The translations under genes and the position numbers were made by a program. A stretch of DNA of 58,049 nucleotides. It comes from Waddliaceae bacterium (GTDB lineage Bacteria; Chlamydiota; Chlamydiia; Chlamydiales; SLFE01). Below the pieces are notes generated by a model that made no database searches, had not been told where the DNA came from, and worked only from the letters and a program-made list of their open reading frames with translations. Of this stretch, positions 29,398 through 38,730 are shown in pieces. Position 1 is the first letter of the stretch. Every line of letters starts with the position of its first letter. Location of the stretch: positions 1 through 58,049 of the forward strand of contig CAWAPJ010000002.1 of assembly GCA_963783885.1 (NCBI GenBank). Reading direction: 5' to 3'.

Positions 29398-30668
29398 GCG
29401 AAAACAATAATAAGAAATTTATGGATACTGTCCATCGGTCTTTTTTGCTCACATTTTTGGGCATCGTCCTTCTGTTTTCTACTGCTATCACGGTGACTCT
29501 CATCGCCCCGAGGCATGTCGACCCCACATGGAAGCAGCCGTCGAGCTATTATCAGGTGCAGATGTTCGAAGTTGCCGACCCCAATTTTTTTATCAGCAGC
29601 GAAGCCAGTGGAATCAAAAGACTCGAGTATATCAAAAGGCTTGTGAAGGATTTCAGTCTTCTTGCATTCGAGGAAAACGAGACCTCGAGAATTATCGCTC
29701 CTCCCGAACTTGAAAAGTTTGTCACGAAAAACGGAGAAAAGAAGCTCAAACTCACCTCGCGGCTTCTTTTGCTTCGCGATCCGGTATCGTCTGAGCAATT
29801 CGATGCCGAAAAAATCGCGAAAGACTTGAAAGAAAAGCTTCAACAAGAGTCCAAGAAGCAGGGTAAATATTTGATCGACTACAGGATTTTAGAGCTCTAC
29901 GATCCCGGCCTTGAAGAAGCGTTTACCATGTCCAGCTCAGAGGGAATCATAGAAGATTTTGTCGATCAAGATTACGAGATTTTGGACAATGAGCCCAAAC
30001 AGCTGTGGCACCGCGATCCCGGAGTGATCTTCACAAAAAATCCCGAAGAGTACCGCATCCGGCCGATCGGTACCGGCAGGCAGAGAGGCTGGAGGTACGA
30101 TCCGGAAGGCAAAAGAATTGAAGGCGTTTCCCAGCTGGAGAGCCCCGAGCTTGGATTCCGTTCAAGGAAAGAGCTGATCGAATTGGGGCAGACCACTTAT
30201 GCGCATGAGGGATGCTGGTACTGCCACACCCAGCAGACAAGAACGCTTGTGCAAGATGTTGTGCTCAACGGCTCCGAATCCTATCCCGCTCCCCCGTCCG
30301 CACCCAATGAATACATCTATCAAAAGGTCTCCTTCCCGGGCACAAGGCGCATCGGTCCCGATTTATCGCGCGTGGGGGTCAAGAGGCCGAGCAGAGACTG
30401 GCACAAAGCTCATTTTTGGTCGCCAAGAACAGCCAGCGCGGGAAGCATCATGCCGTCGTTCCGCCATTTCTTCGACTTCAACCCAAGGGGAACGAGAAAA
30501 ACGGTAGTGGGCATTCCCAATTACCGCTTCGAGGCCGTCTACCAGTATTTGATGACGATGGGCACCCGCATCACTCCCCCCACAGAAGCGTGGTGGCTGG
30601 GCAAGGACCCTGTGCAAACTTTGGAAATTATCGAAGGGAGGAAAGCCGTTGATCATCGCGGACCTTGA
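29394..30668 (+). CDS. ccoO: cbb3-type oxidase subunit II, enlarged
   Basis: TM helix; G...YAHEGCWYCHTQQTR; GTRRIGPDLSRVG; WHKAHFWSPR...SIMPSF; ATGA coupling to ccoN. Confidence 0.88.
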   Translation: MSENNNKKFMDTVHRSFLLTFLGIVLLFSTAITVTLIAPRHVDPTWKQPSSYYQVQMFEVADPNFFISSEASGIKRLEYIKRLVKDFSLLAFEENETSRIIAPPELEKFVTKNGEKKLKLTSRLLLLRDPVSSEQFDAEKIAKDLKEKLQQESKKQGKYLIDYRILELYDPGLEEAFTMSSSEGIIEDFVDQDYEILDNEPKQLWHRDPGVIFTKNPEEYRIRPIGTGRQRGWRYDPEGKRIEGVSQLESPELGFRSRKELIELGQTTYAHEGCWYCHTQQTRTLVQDVVLNGSESYPAPPSAPNEYIYQKVSFPGTRRIGPDLSRVGVKRPSRDWHKAHFWSPRTASAGSIMPSFRHFFDFNPRGTRKTVVGIPNYRFEAVYQYLMTMGTRITPPTEAWWLGKDPVQTLEIIEGRKAVDHRGP

Positions 30669-30822
30669 CGGATTCGGCGTGACCGGATCTTATCTGCACT
30701 TTACCCTCTCCGCAGCTTTAGTGGGAAGCTCCCTTCTGGTTTTGATTGTGCTGTGGCGAAAAGGGCGCCTCGACTTTGACGAGAGCCCAAAAATCACTAT
30801 GATGGAAAGTGACGAAGGATAG
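30649..30822 (+). CDS. Second CcoS/CcoQ-like single-TM microprotein (57 aa), not in the ORF track
   Basis: GGAGG RBS at 30637-30641, TTG start; MIIADLDGFGVTGSYLHFTLSAALVGSSLLVLIVLWRKGRLDFDESPKITMMESDEG. Confidence 0.65.
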   Translation: MIIADLDGFGVTGSYLHFTLSAALVGSSLLVLIVLWRKGRLDFDESPKITMMESDEG

Positions 30823-30825
30823 CTT

Positions 30826-31092
30826 ATGAGCGAGAAAGAGTATCTGTTTTACGAGGATGACGACTCCGTCCCACCCTATAAAAAAGAGGACCCCGGCGTG
30901 CCCCTTTGGCTGAAGCTTGTGATTCTGACCGTCCCATTTTGGGGATTTGCCACATTTTACATCTACTGGAACGGCAATTTCGGGGACTGGCTCGACAGGG
31001 GCTACTGGGGCGAGCTTCAGCAAGCGGCCAACACCACTTTTCCCCCCGAGACCAAAATCCCCGCTTCAGCAAAGAAGATTGAAGAGAAGTAG
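30826..31092 (+). CDS. CcoP N-terminal-like membrane protein lacking heme domains
   Basis: DPGVPLWL...WGFATFYIYW...GYW resembles the CcoP membrane anchor; no CXXCH. Confidence 0.6.
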   Translation: MSEKEYLFYEDDDSVPPYKKEDPGVPLWLKLVILTVPFWGFATFYIYWNGNFGDWLDRGYWGELQQAANTTFPPETKIPASAKKIEEK

Positions 31093-31178
31093 CTCTTTGG
31101 AAAAGCTAAAAATACCTGATTATAGCTTTCCAAGAGAGCTAAAAATATCCAAATTTAGTTTTCTTAGAGAGCTAAATC

Positions 31179-32231
31179 TTACTGGACAGGAGAGCTATTG
31201 CTAAGCTGTCCTTTGATTTCATCCAAGACCTCATCGACGGTGATCTCCTTCATGCAGCGAAAGTCTATGGGGCAGACTCTTTTGTAGCAGGGCGAGCAGG
31301 AGGGCCGTTTGTGGATGACCACCCCGCCGTTGTAGGGGCCGGTTTTGATGTCGCTTGTCGAGCCGAAAAGGGCGACAAGCTTTGTGCCGAGGGCAGAGGC
31401 GATGTGCATCGGCCCGCTGTCATTGGTGAGGAAGACGTCGCAAAGCTGGATCAGGGCCATGAGCTCGCGGAGGTTGGTTTTTCCCGCAAGGTCGATGACT
31501 CTTTCGGGAAGGTCTTTGCAGATATGGTCGACCAAGGGCCTTGTTTTACTGTCCCCGAAAAAAATGATGTAGGTGTCCGGGTCTTCGATGAGCCTGCCTG
31601 CCGTCTCGCAGAACCTTTCGGGAATCCAGCATTTGGCGCTGCCGTAGGCGGCCCCCGGGTTGATCCCGACAATCGTTTTCCCTTCCGGAATTTTGCATCG
31701 CCTGAGAAGCTCTTTCGCGCCTTGGATCTCATCGTAGCTGACGTAGAGTTTGGGCGCGGTTTTGGACAGCGGTATCCCCAAAGGGAGGAGGAGGTGTTTA
31801 TAGACATTGACGAGGTGGAGGTTTTCCTTGTCCTCGGGAAAGGGAACGGATTTGTTCAGCAAGGGGTCTCGCATATCGCCTCTAAAGCCGACGCGGTTTT
31901 TTACGTGGCCGCGCCAAAACCACCATGCCGAGGAAAAAGAGTTGGTCAGCAGAATGCCGAGGTCGTAGTCTCCATGCCTCAAAGGGTTGAGGATATGGCG
32001 CGCGGCATCCCTGTGGAGCCAGCCGCTCGGCCGGTTGAAAGTGAATATTTCATCGATATTGGGGTCGTTTAAGAGGAGCTGCCCTCCAGGCTCTTGGCAC
32101 ATAGCGGTCAATTTGGCATCGGGCCACCGGCTTCTAATATCCTGCATAACAGGAGTGGCCATCACAAGATCCCCGAGCCAGTTGGGCATTCTGACGATGA
32201 TGTTTTTAGGGGTATTTACCTTAAATCCCAT
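31179..32231 (-). CDS. waaF: Lipopolysaccharide heptosyltransferase II (GT9)
   Basis: PNWLGDLVMATP, NPGAAYGSAKCW, LAGKT, NDSGPMHIA, LFGST, CSPC...CP...CM. Confidence 0.92.
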   Translation of the reverse strand: MGFKVNTPKNIIVRMPNWLGDLVMATPVMQDIRSRWPDAKLTAMCQEPGGQLLLNDPNIDEIFTFNRPSGWLHRDAARHILNPLRHGDYDLGILLTNSFSSAWWFWRGHVKNRVGFRGDMRDPLLNKSVPFPEDKENLHLVNVYKHLLLPLGIPLSKTAPKLYVSYDEIQGAKELLRRCKIPEGKTIVGINPGAAYGSAKCWIPERFCETAGRLIEDPDTYIIFFGDSKTRPLVDHICKDLPERVIDLAGKTNLRELMALIQLCDVFLTNDSGPMHIASALGTKLVALFGSTSDIKTGPYNGGVVIHKRPSCSPCYKRVCPIDFRCMKEITVDEVLDEIKGQLSNSSPVQ

Positions 32232-32489
32232 AGATTAAAAATGATGCTTAAGTGAGAATAATTTAGCAAGAGGGATTTCGATGCAGTTTTTACAAGTAAG
32301 TGTGAGAAAAGCGGGTGCGAAAGAGAGGTATTCTCATCAAATCTTTTTCGTGAAATGACCTTGAAACCGCCCTAATTCTTCTCAAAGACCTCTTATTTTC
32401 AATTGCAAGAAAATATTTAATTATCTTGAATTAAATATTTTATTTTGATATAATTTTTTTTAATATAAAAAATATTAAGGAGTAATACT

Positions 32490-33358
32490 ATGCAAGTAGA
32501 TAAAACTAATCAAACTAAATCAACAAATAATACAGGGCAAAATTCAGCCTCTCTTGACCCTGCGGGCGTTCTCCCTGGTGAAATGGTTTTAGGGATATTT
32601 TCCAACTTAGGCCCTGCTGATCTTGCGGCATGCCAGCTGGTCAGCAGAACCTGGCAACCCTTGGCAGTAGATCCCAAGCTTCCTGGTTTAAACGCCATAG
32701 CTCAAGTTCGCGAGCTGAAAAAGGAATTCCCCCATCTTTTCATCTTTGGTCCCGAAGAGTGGATAACATACTATGGCAGTATCGATATAAATGATATTCC
32801 CCCTGTTAAACCGCAAATGATCAAGATTCTCGAAGACAACTGGCCCAAATGCCAAAGAAGGAAAGGTCATGAGATCCTTAAGCTGACTTATTTTCCTAAA
32901 ACCGTCAATGGAAAGCCGCTGACCCTGAACAACTTTGAAGATCTGATCAAGAACCCCCAAAAGGGTCATGCGACTGAATATCATTACTTTTCGTGTGATG
33001 CTAGGAAAGAACATGGCGACACACCGATCGAAAGAGCCCATTGGACTTTATCGACAAAAGATGTAATCGAAGGAAGCAAAGGCAAACCAAAGGATGAGCT
33101 ATTGGCCCTTGCCAAAAGTATTGGCCCCGGCTGGGAAGGAGCCCACAGCATTGGAAGCGGTAGTCTCTACTGCATCAGAGCATACCGCCACAGGAGTTTC
33201 GTCGACTTGGTGGCAGTCCTTTTTTTACATATACGCTCTGTAAAGAGCAGACATCTGGGAATAAAGTAGCGGTTGGCGGCTTTGGCAGCACGGGGCTCCG
33301 CATCATCCGCAACTTCCTTTCCGAAAACGTCGGTGTTGCGTCGCAGTGGAAGTCCTAA
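32490..33358 (+). pseudogene. F-box-like domain effector protein; several +1 indels at ~33140-33230
   Basis: F-box LPGEMVLGIFSNL...CQLVSRTW; downstream frames continue PTALEAVVS...TYTLCKE...VGGFG...VGVASQWKS* ending at 33358. Confidence 0.7.
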
Positions 33359-33579
33359 AGAGCTTGGCTCTTGGATTGGGCATCATTTTTTTCAGAAGTT
33401 TGACTCCGGTGTGCGTCCCTTTGCCGCGGCGGCTGGAAAGGGGGGGGATTGCAAAACTCTGGCAGACCGCTTTTCGGCTCTTTCTTTAAGTTTTGCAACT
33501 TCCTCATAAATTTAGATGTTGAACTTCTGACAAAAAAGGGTTATTTTTTGAATAGCAGTCATACATCGCGAGACTTTTA

Positions 33580-35466
33580 ATGGAAACGAAACAACGCTAT
33601 TCGGATCAGGAAGTCAGAAACCTTCTTCATATTCTCGAAGCGGAGAAGAAGTCTGTTCGCAATCTCAGAAAAAGAATCGCCGGGCTTGAATCGGCCAAAA
33701 CCGAGGTCGAGTCGCTTGAAGAAGAAACCCAGAAGCTCAGGCGCATGGTCGAGCACTATCGCGGCAAATACGAGGCCAAGGATACCTATACGGACGAAGT
33801 CTATCGGGAGAACGAAAAGCTGAAGGCCCTTCTCCAAAAGGAAAGGGAGGCCTACCGCTCGGTTCAAATCGATCTTGAGGAAAATTCCCGGTATATTGGC
33901 GAGCTTCAGGAAAAGCTTGGAAAGGTTGTTTCAATCCCAGAGGGTGGAGATGCCAGAGAGATAAAGAAGCAATTGGAGCTGAAAACTTCTCTTCTCGATA
34001 ATGCTGAAGCGGGAAAATCTCAAGCTCTTGAAACTCTTCGTGAAAGGGAAGAGGAGCTGGGGGGACTCAGGCAGGATTTGGAGCGGGTGCAAAAGCATCT
34101 TGCTGTCGAAAAACAAAATTCCGGCGATCTCGCCGTGGAGATTGAAGAAAAAAACCGTCTGCTTGCCGAATACGAACGCCTCCAAAATAATTACCAGTCG
34201 GTAATCGAAAAACGGCGGGAGCTGGAAGGTGTGATCCAGGAAGAGACCGACCAGATCAAATTATTGGAAGATAAAAATAAGCAGCAGGAAAAAGAGCTCC
34301 AGGATGCAAATCTCCATGGCCGTCAGCTGGAAAAAGGGATTCAGTATTTAAGGGAAAAGCTCGAAGAAGCAGAGAATAGCTGCAAAGAGTCATTGGAAAG
34401 GGAAAAAGAGCTTGCTGCAAAGCTGGAGCAAAATAATGATTTTGAAAAAACAAAACAAGTCGAAGGGGAGCTGAAAAGGGCTTTAGAAACGTGCGCTTGC
34501 CTTAAGTCCGAAAAAGAAACATTTCAGATGGCTCTTGGAGAGCGGGATCAAACCTTGGTCAAGCTTGAAAACGAAATGGCGCTTGCCAGAAAGCAAATTG
34601 ATGAGAACAAACGGCTCAAAGAATGGCTCGCAGACAAGGAAGGGGTTATTGAAAGGCAGGCCGAAGTTCTGATCGCCAAACAGGAGCAGATCCAAAACAT
34701 TGAGGCGGGAACCAAAGACAAGCTGAAAAGTCTGGAAGAGCGGCTTGCGGCATATGCGGAAAGGGAAAAGAGGGCAGAAGAACTCAAGCGGGAACTTGAA
34801 AAGATCATTCGGGAAAAAGAGTCGGCTTTTGAAGAAAAGAAAAACGCCTTGGAATCGCGCGAAGCTAAAATTGCCCAGATGACTTATGAGATGCAGAAGT
34901 TTCGCGATCAAATGTACAAAATACAAGCCCAGGTGGAAGAGAAGGAAGTTTCTCTCAAGACTGCTCAGCAGCATCTTGCCAAAAAAATGAAGGAAATTAC
35001 CCAGTTTAAGAGTACTGCCGAGGAACAAAAATCGCTTCTCAGTCATCAGCACAACCGTATGGAAACTCTGCAGCAAAAAGTCGAAGATCAGAATAGGGAG
35101 ATTGAGAGCCTTAAAAAAGAACTTCAAGACATTCAGGAGTCTTTTGAAAAGGCGCGAAAAGAATTTCAGAGGGAGTTGGCTGTCAAATCCGAAGAGATTA
35201 AAAAGATAAAAGAGGAAAACGCTCAATTGCAACAAAGCAATCAGGACCTGATGGCTATTGAAGAAAAATATAACCAGCTGCAGCAGGGCTTCGCCCAGCT
35301 TGGTAGCGTTTTTCAAACCGGCGTTGTTGAAAAGCCTCCCGCCCAGGAGTCTGTAAAACCTGAGCTTCCCGTTAAAACTCAAGAAAAGATCGATCGAGAG
35401 GAGGGGGATCTTTTCGCCGCGGCGGCCTCTTCGAAGCGGCATCGCCACTCGTTTTTTGATGAATAG
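33580..35466 (+). CDS. Long coiled-coil hypothetical protein
   Basis: E/K/Q/L-rich heptad-like sequence over most of 628 aa; stop overlaps ruvC start. Confidence 0.85.
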   Translation: METKQRYSDQEVRNLLHILEAEKKSVRNLRKRIAGLESAKTEVESLEEETQKLRRMVEHYRGKYEAKDTYTDEVYRENEKLKALLQKEREAYRSVQIDLEENSRYIGELQEKLGKVVSIPEGGDAREIKKQLELKTSLLDNAEAGKSQALETLREREEELGGLRQDLERVQKHLAVEKQNSGDLAVEIEEKNRLLAEYERLQNNYQSVIEKRRELEGVIQEETDQIKLLEDKNKQQEKELQDANLHGRQLEKGIQYLREKLEEAENSCKESLEREKELAAKLEQNNDFEKTKQVEGELKRALETCACLKSEKETFQMALGERDQTLVKLENEMALARKQIDENKRLKEWLADKEGVIERQAEVLIAKQEQIQNIEAGTKDKLKSLEERLAAYAEREKRAEELKRELEKIIREKESAFEEKKNALESREAKIAQMTYEMQKFRDQMYKIQAQVEEKEVSLKTAQQHLAKKMKEITQFKSTAEEQKSLLSHQHNRMETLQQKVEDQNREIESLKKELQDIQESFEKARKEFQRELAVKSEEIKKIKEENAQLQQSNQDLMAIEEKYNQLQQGFAQLGSVFQTGVVEKPPAQESVKPELPVKTQEKIDREEGDLFAAAASSKRHRHSFFDE

Positions 35467-35986
35467 GAAAACAAGCCCGCAGACTGTAAAAGAATCCGTT
35501 GTGATGGGAGTCGATCCCGGAACGATCATCACAGGATTTGGCATCGTTAAAGAAGAGGGGGCAAAAATTCTGCCTCTTGACTACGGATGCATTAAACCCC
35601 CGGCCTCAAAAAAGCTGAGCGACCGTTACTGGATCATTTTTTCAGCTTTGTCGGACTTGATGGACAAGTATCTTCCCGACTCTGTGGTTGTGGAAACGCA
35701 GTATGTGAATAAAAATGTTCAAAGCGCAATGAAGCTCGGGATGGCAAGAGGCGGGGTGATCATTGCCGCAAGAAGCAAGGGGTTGCCTATTTACGAATAT
35801 TCCCCTACAAAAGCGAAATTGGCCGTTACGGGAAACGGCCGTGCCAGCAAGCCGCAAATTCAGTCGATGACTATGAGGTTATTGAATTTGCCAAAATTGC
35901 CTGAGCCCGATGATGCCGCCGATGCTCTGGCCTTGGCCATTTGCCATCTGCATGCTAAACAATCGTATAAAGGAGTCGAAATCTAA
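35459..35986 (+). CDS. ruvC: Holliday junction resolvase
   Basis: GVDPG, VVE, ARG, EYSP, G.GRASK, DDAADALALAICH. Confidence 0.97.
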   Translation: MNRKTSPQTVKESVVMGVDPGTIITGFGIVKEEGAKILPLDYGCIKPPASKKLSDRYWIIFSALSDLMDKYLPDSVVVETQYVNKNVQSAMKLGMARGGVIIAARSKGLPIYEYSPTKAKLAVTGNGRASKPQIQSMTMRLLNLPKLPEPDDAADALALAICHLHAKQSYKGVEI

Positions 35987-36594
35987 TGTACGCCCATCTT
36001 CAGGGAAAGCTGTTTGAGTCCAGACCTTCTTTTGTCATCGTCGAAGCAGGAGGCGTGGGATATAAAATTTTGATTTCCGCCAGCTGTTTTTCAAAACTGC
36101 CTCAAGCCGGCGAGACAATTTTTCTCCATACGTCATTTATCTGCAGGGAAAATAGCCAGGCTCTTTACGGATTCCTGACAAGTAAAGAACGCGATGTTTT
36201 CGAAGTGTTGATCAATATCAGCGGCATCGGTCCAAAACTGGCGCTCAGCCTGGTCGGCCATATGACTCTTGCGGATCTGCACAGCGCTGTTATTAGCGCC
36301 GACGCTAAATCAATCAGCCGCGTGCCGGGCGTCGGCAAAAAAACCGCGGAACGTCTGATCGTCGAAATGAAAGGAAAGCTTCCCAACATGTTTGGAAAAG
36401 ATCCTTCCGAATATGCGATTCAAATTTCTTCGGAAGGTGCAGCCGATTTATCGCAGGATATTATCGGAGCGCTTATCAATCTCGGATACAATCAGGCAAA
36501 AGCGCAATCTGCCGCAAAGAAGTCGCTCGAGAAACATTCCGAGTCGGCAGACTTGTCGATACTTATCCGTGAAGCGTTAAAATTCGTAAATTAA
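35986..36594 (+). CDS. ruvA: Holliday junction branch migration protein
   Basis: GGVGY, LYGF, ISGIGPKLA, VPGVGKKTAERL, ALINLGY. Confidence 0.97.
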   Translation: MYAHLQGKLFESRPSFVIVEAGGVGYKILISASCFSKLPQAGETIFLHTSFICRENSQALYGFLTSKERDVFEVLINISGIGPKLALSLVGHMTLADLHSAVISADAKSISRVPGVGKKTAERLIVEMKGKLPNMFGKDPSEYAIQISSEGAADLSQDIIGALINLGYNQAKAQSAAKKSLEKHSESADLSILIREALKFVN

Positions 36595-36644
36595 TCTTTT
36601 CACAATTTCTCTAATTTTGTAGTCTTTTCTTTTAACAAAAGGAG

Positions 36645-37679
36645 ATGGCTATGATTAAACTAAAGAAATGGCTGCTGGCAGCCTTGATATCACTGACACC
36701 TGCATTTATTTCCGCCGATGATTGCTGTGAAAATTATCGAAATATCTGCAATCCCTGTACGAACCTTTCGTGTTTTGACGATATTTGGGTCGGAGCGGAA
36801 TTTCTGTGGTGGGAGCCATGCATCAATGATTTGGAATTTGCGACCACATACGATTTGGATTTTACCGGTCTGAATGTTTTTGAGGCCAATGGCCACACGC
36901 ATTTCATTGTGCATGACTGGGCTCCGGGGTTTCGCGTTCGGGCAGGGAAAGAAAATGTCTTCAGCGATTGGGATACGGAATTCTCATATACTCGGGTGTC
37001 CGGAAACGATTCTGCCACGGCTCATGCTCCCGCGGGAGGAGTTTTGTTTTCTTCTCTTGGCATTGTCATCACAAACCTGTCGGATCTTCAGATTGCATGG
37101 GCAAAACATGAATATACCTATCAGAATTTTGATGCTTTGCTCGGTTTTGACTATTGTTTAACGCCTTGTCATATTCTCCATCCGTTTATCGGCATTGAAG
37201 GCATGTGGTTCAATCAGGTCACGGAATCGAACATCGAGGGGGGAATTCTTTCCGATTTTGATGCTCACTTACGGTGGGATTCCGATTTCTGGGGAGTGGG
37301 ATTCAAGGCCGGCACCGAATATACATGCCGCGTGTTTAACTGCCTGGATTTCTTTGGAAAAGGATCGTTTACCATTTTGAGAGGGCATATCGACAGCATG
37401 GTCCATCAGAATGGAAGAAGCACACCTGGCGATTTTGCTCTTAACCTTGATGAAAATATTTGCGTGTATATTCCAGGCTATCATATTCAGCTCGGATTTA
37501 ATTATACTAAGTGCTGGTGTGAAAAAGTGTTCACTTTAACATTCGGATGGGAGTTTCTTGACTGGTTGAATACGCCGCAAATCAAAAAGTTTACCGGATT
37601 TAACCCTACAGCAACACAATCGAGGGGATCGAATTTTGGATTCCAGGGATTATTTGTTGGAGGTTCGTTTCAATATTGA
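36645..37679 (+). CDS. Lpg1974/MOMP-like outer membrane beta-barrel, paralog 1
   Basis: Signal peptide; EFLWWEPCINDLEFA; PGFRV; GWEFLDWLN; terminal GLFVGGSFQY. Confidence 0.85.
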   Translation: MAMIKLKKWLLAALISLTPAFISADDCCENYRNICNPCTNLSCFDDIWVGAEFLWWEPCINDLEFATTYDLDFTGLNVFEANGHTHFIVHDWAPGFRVRAGKENVFSDWDTEFSYTRVSGNDSATAHAPAGGVLFSSLGIVITNLSDLQIAWAKHEYTYQNFDALLGFDYCLTPCHILHPFIGIEGMWFNQVTESNIEGGILSDFDAHLRWDSDFWGVGFKAGTEYTCRVFNCLDFFGKGSFTILRGHIDSMVHQNGRSTPGDFALNLDENICVYIPGYHIQLGFNYTKCWCEKVFTLTFGWEFLDWLNTPQIKKFTGFNPTATQSRGSNFGFQGLFVGGSFQY

Positions 37680-37725
37680 CGGCATTGGGGATGATGCAAA
37701 ACGTTTATGAAAGGAGATCAAATAG

Positions 37726-38706
37726 ATGAATTACCTGCGTAAATTGCTAATCATAATTCCTTGTATATTGACCATGATTCCGGCATATGGCGATTTGTGT
37801 CCATGGGATGACTTGGAATTTGGCGCCGATTTCATTTATTGGAAACCCTGCTTAAACGATCTCGATTATGCCATTTCATATAGTGGAGATCCAGAAATAG
37901 GAGGGAAGTATCAATATTTGGACCATTGCTACAGTCCGGGGTTCCGTGTTTTTGGCCGCCTTGATGACCTCTGGTGCGGCCTGGGAATTTCGGGAAGCTA
38001 TACTTATCTTTGGGATAAAGAGGAGAATAAAGTTTTGCTGCCAGCTGGAGGCGATCTTTTATCCACGCTGGCCCGAAGCGAATTCAATATCGGCACCTCA
38101 TCGGAGATTCGGGCGAGCCACTCACTCCGCTACCAAACATTCGACGCTCTGTTTTTTTATAGCTTCAATTGCTGCGGCCCCTGCAGCCTGTTGATCCCAT
38201 TTCTGGGAGTCGAGGGAATGAAACTTGAACAGGATACCATTTCCAATGCCGTATCGGAAAATAATCCCAATGAATTCGTGAAAATTCATTGGGATTCAGA
38301 ATATCTCGGGCTCGGTCTTAAGCTCGGGACAGAGTACCGCATTCTGCTGCCTTGTCATTTTCATTGGTTTTTCAAAGGATCCTTTACCGTACTTGGAGGG
38401 GTTAACAATTCATACAACACATTGATACATGATGAAGGGACGGAGGTTAAATTCACATTTAAGGACTGTGAAAATCTTTGTCTCCCCGGGTGTCATTTGG
38501 CTGCGGGGCTTAGGTATGAACTTTCATTGTGTGGCAGAACCATCAAATTTCAATTGGGTTACGAATTCCTTGATTGGTGGAACATACCGAAAATCCGGCG
38601 GGCAAGTGTCAGCGATGAGGATCTCTTCATCGAACCTGCGACACTGTCAACCGGATCAAATCTAACCTTGCATGGCCTCTTTGCCGGATTGGATTTTGGA
38701 TTTTAA
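37726..38706 (+). CDS. Lpg1974/MOMP-like outer membrane beta-barrel, paralog 2
   Basis: DFIYWKPCLNDLDYA; PGFRV; GYEFLDWWN; HGLFAGLDFGF. Confidence 0.85.
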   Translation: MNYLRKLLIIIPCILTMIPAYGDLCPWDDLEFGADFIYWKPCLNDLDYAISYSGDPEIGGKYQYLDHCYSPGFRVFGRLDDLWCGLGISGSYTYLWDKEENKVLLPAGGDLLSTLARSEFNIGTSSEIRASHSLRYQTFDALFFYSFNCCGPCSLLIPFLGVEGMKLEQDTISNAVSENNPNEFVKIHWDSEYLGLGLKLGTEYRILLPCHFHWFFKGSFTVLGGVNNSYNTLIHDEGTEVKFTFKDCENLCLPGCHLAAGLRYELSLCGRTIKFQLGYEFLDWWNIPKIRRASVSDEDLFIEPATLSTGSNLTLHGLFAGLDFGF

Positions 38707-38730
38707 AGCATAATAAGGAGAACTAAGAAA

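Noticed and set aside
31090-31175. Inverted/tandem AGCT-containing structure between the operon end and waaF
   Set aside because: Most simply a bidirectional terminator region between convergent genes; too short and degenerate to call an element.
32301-32385. Weak imperfect palindrome upstream of the F-box gene
   Set aside because: Pairing is too poor to define boundaries.
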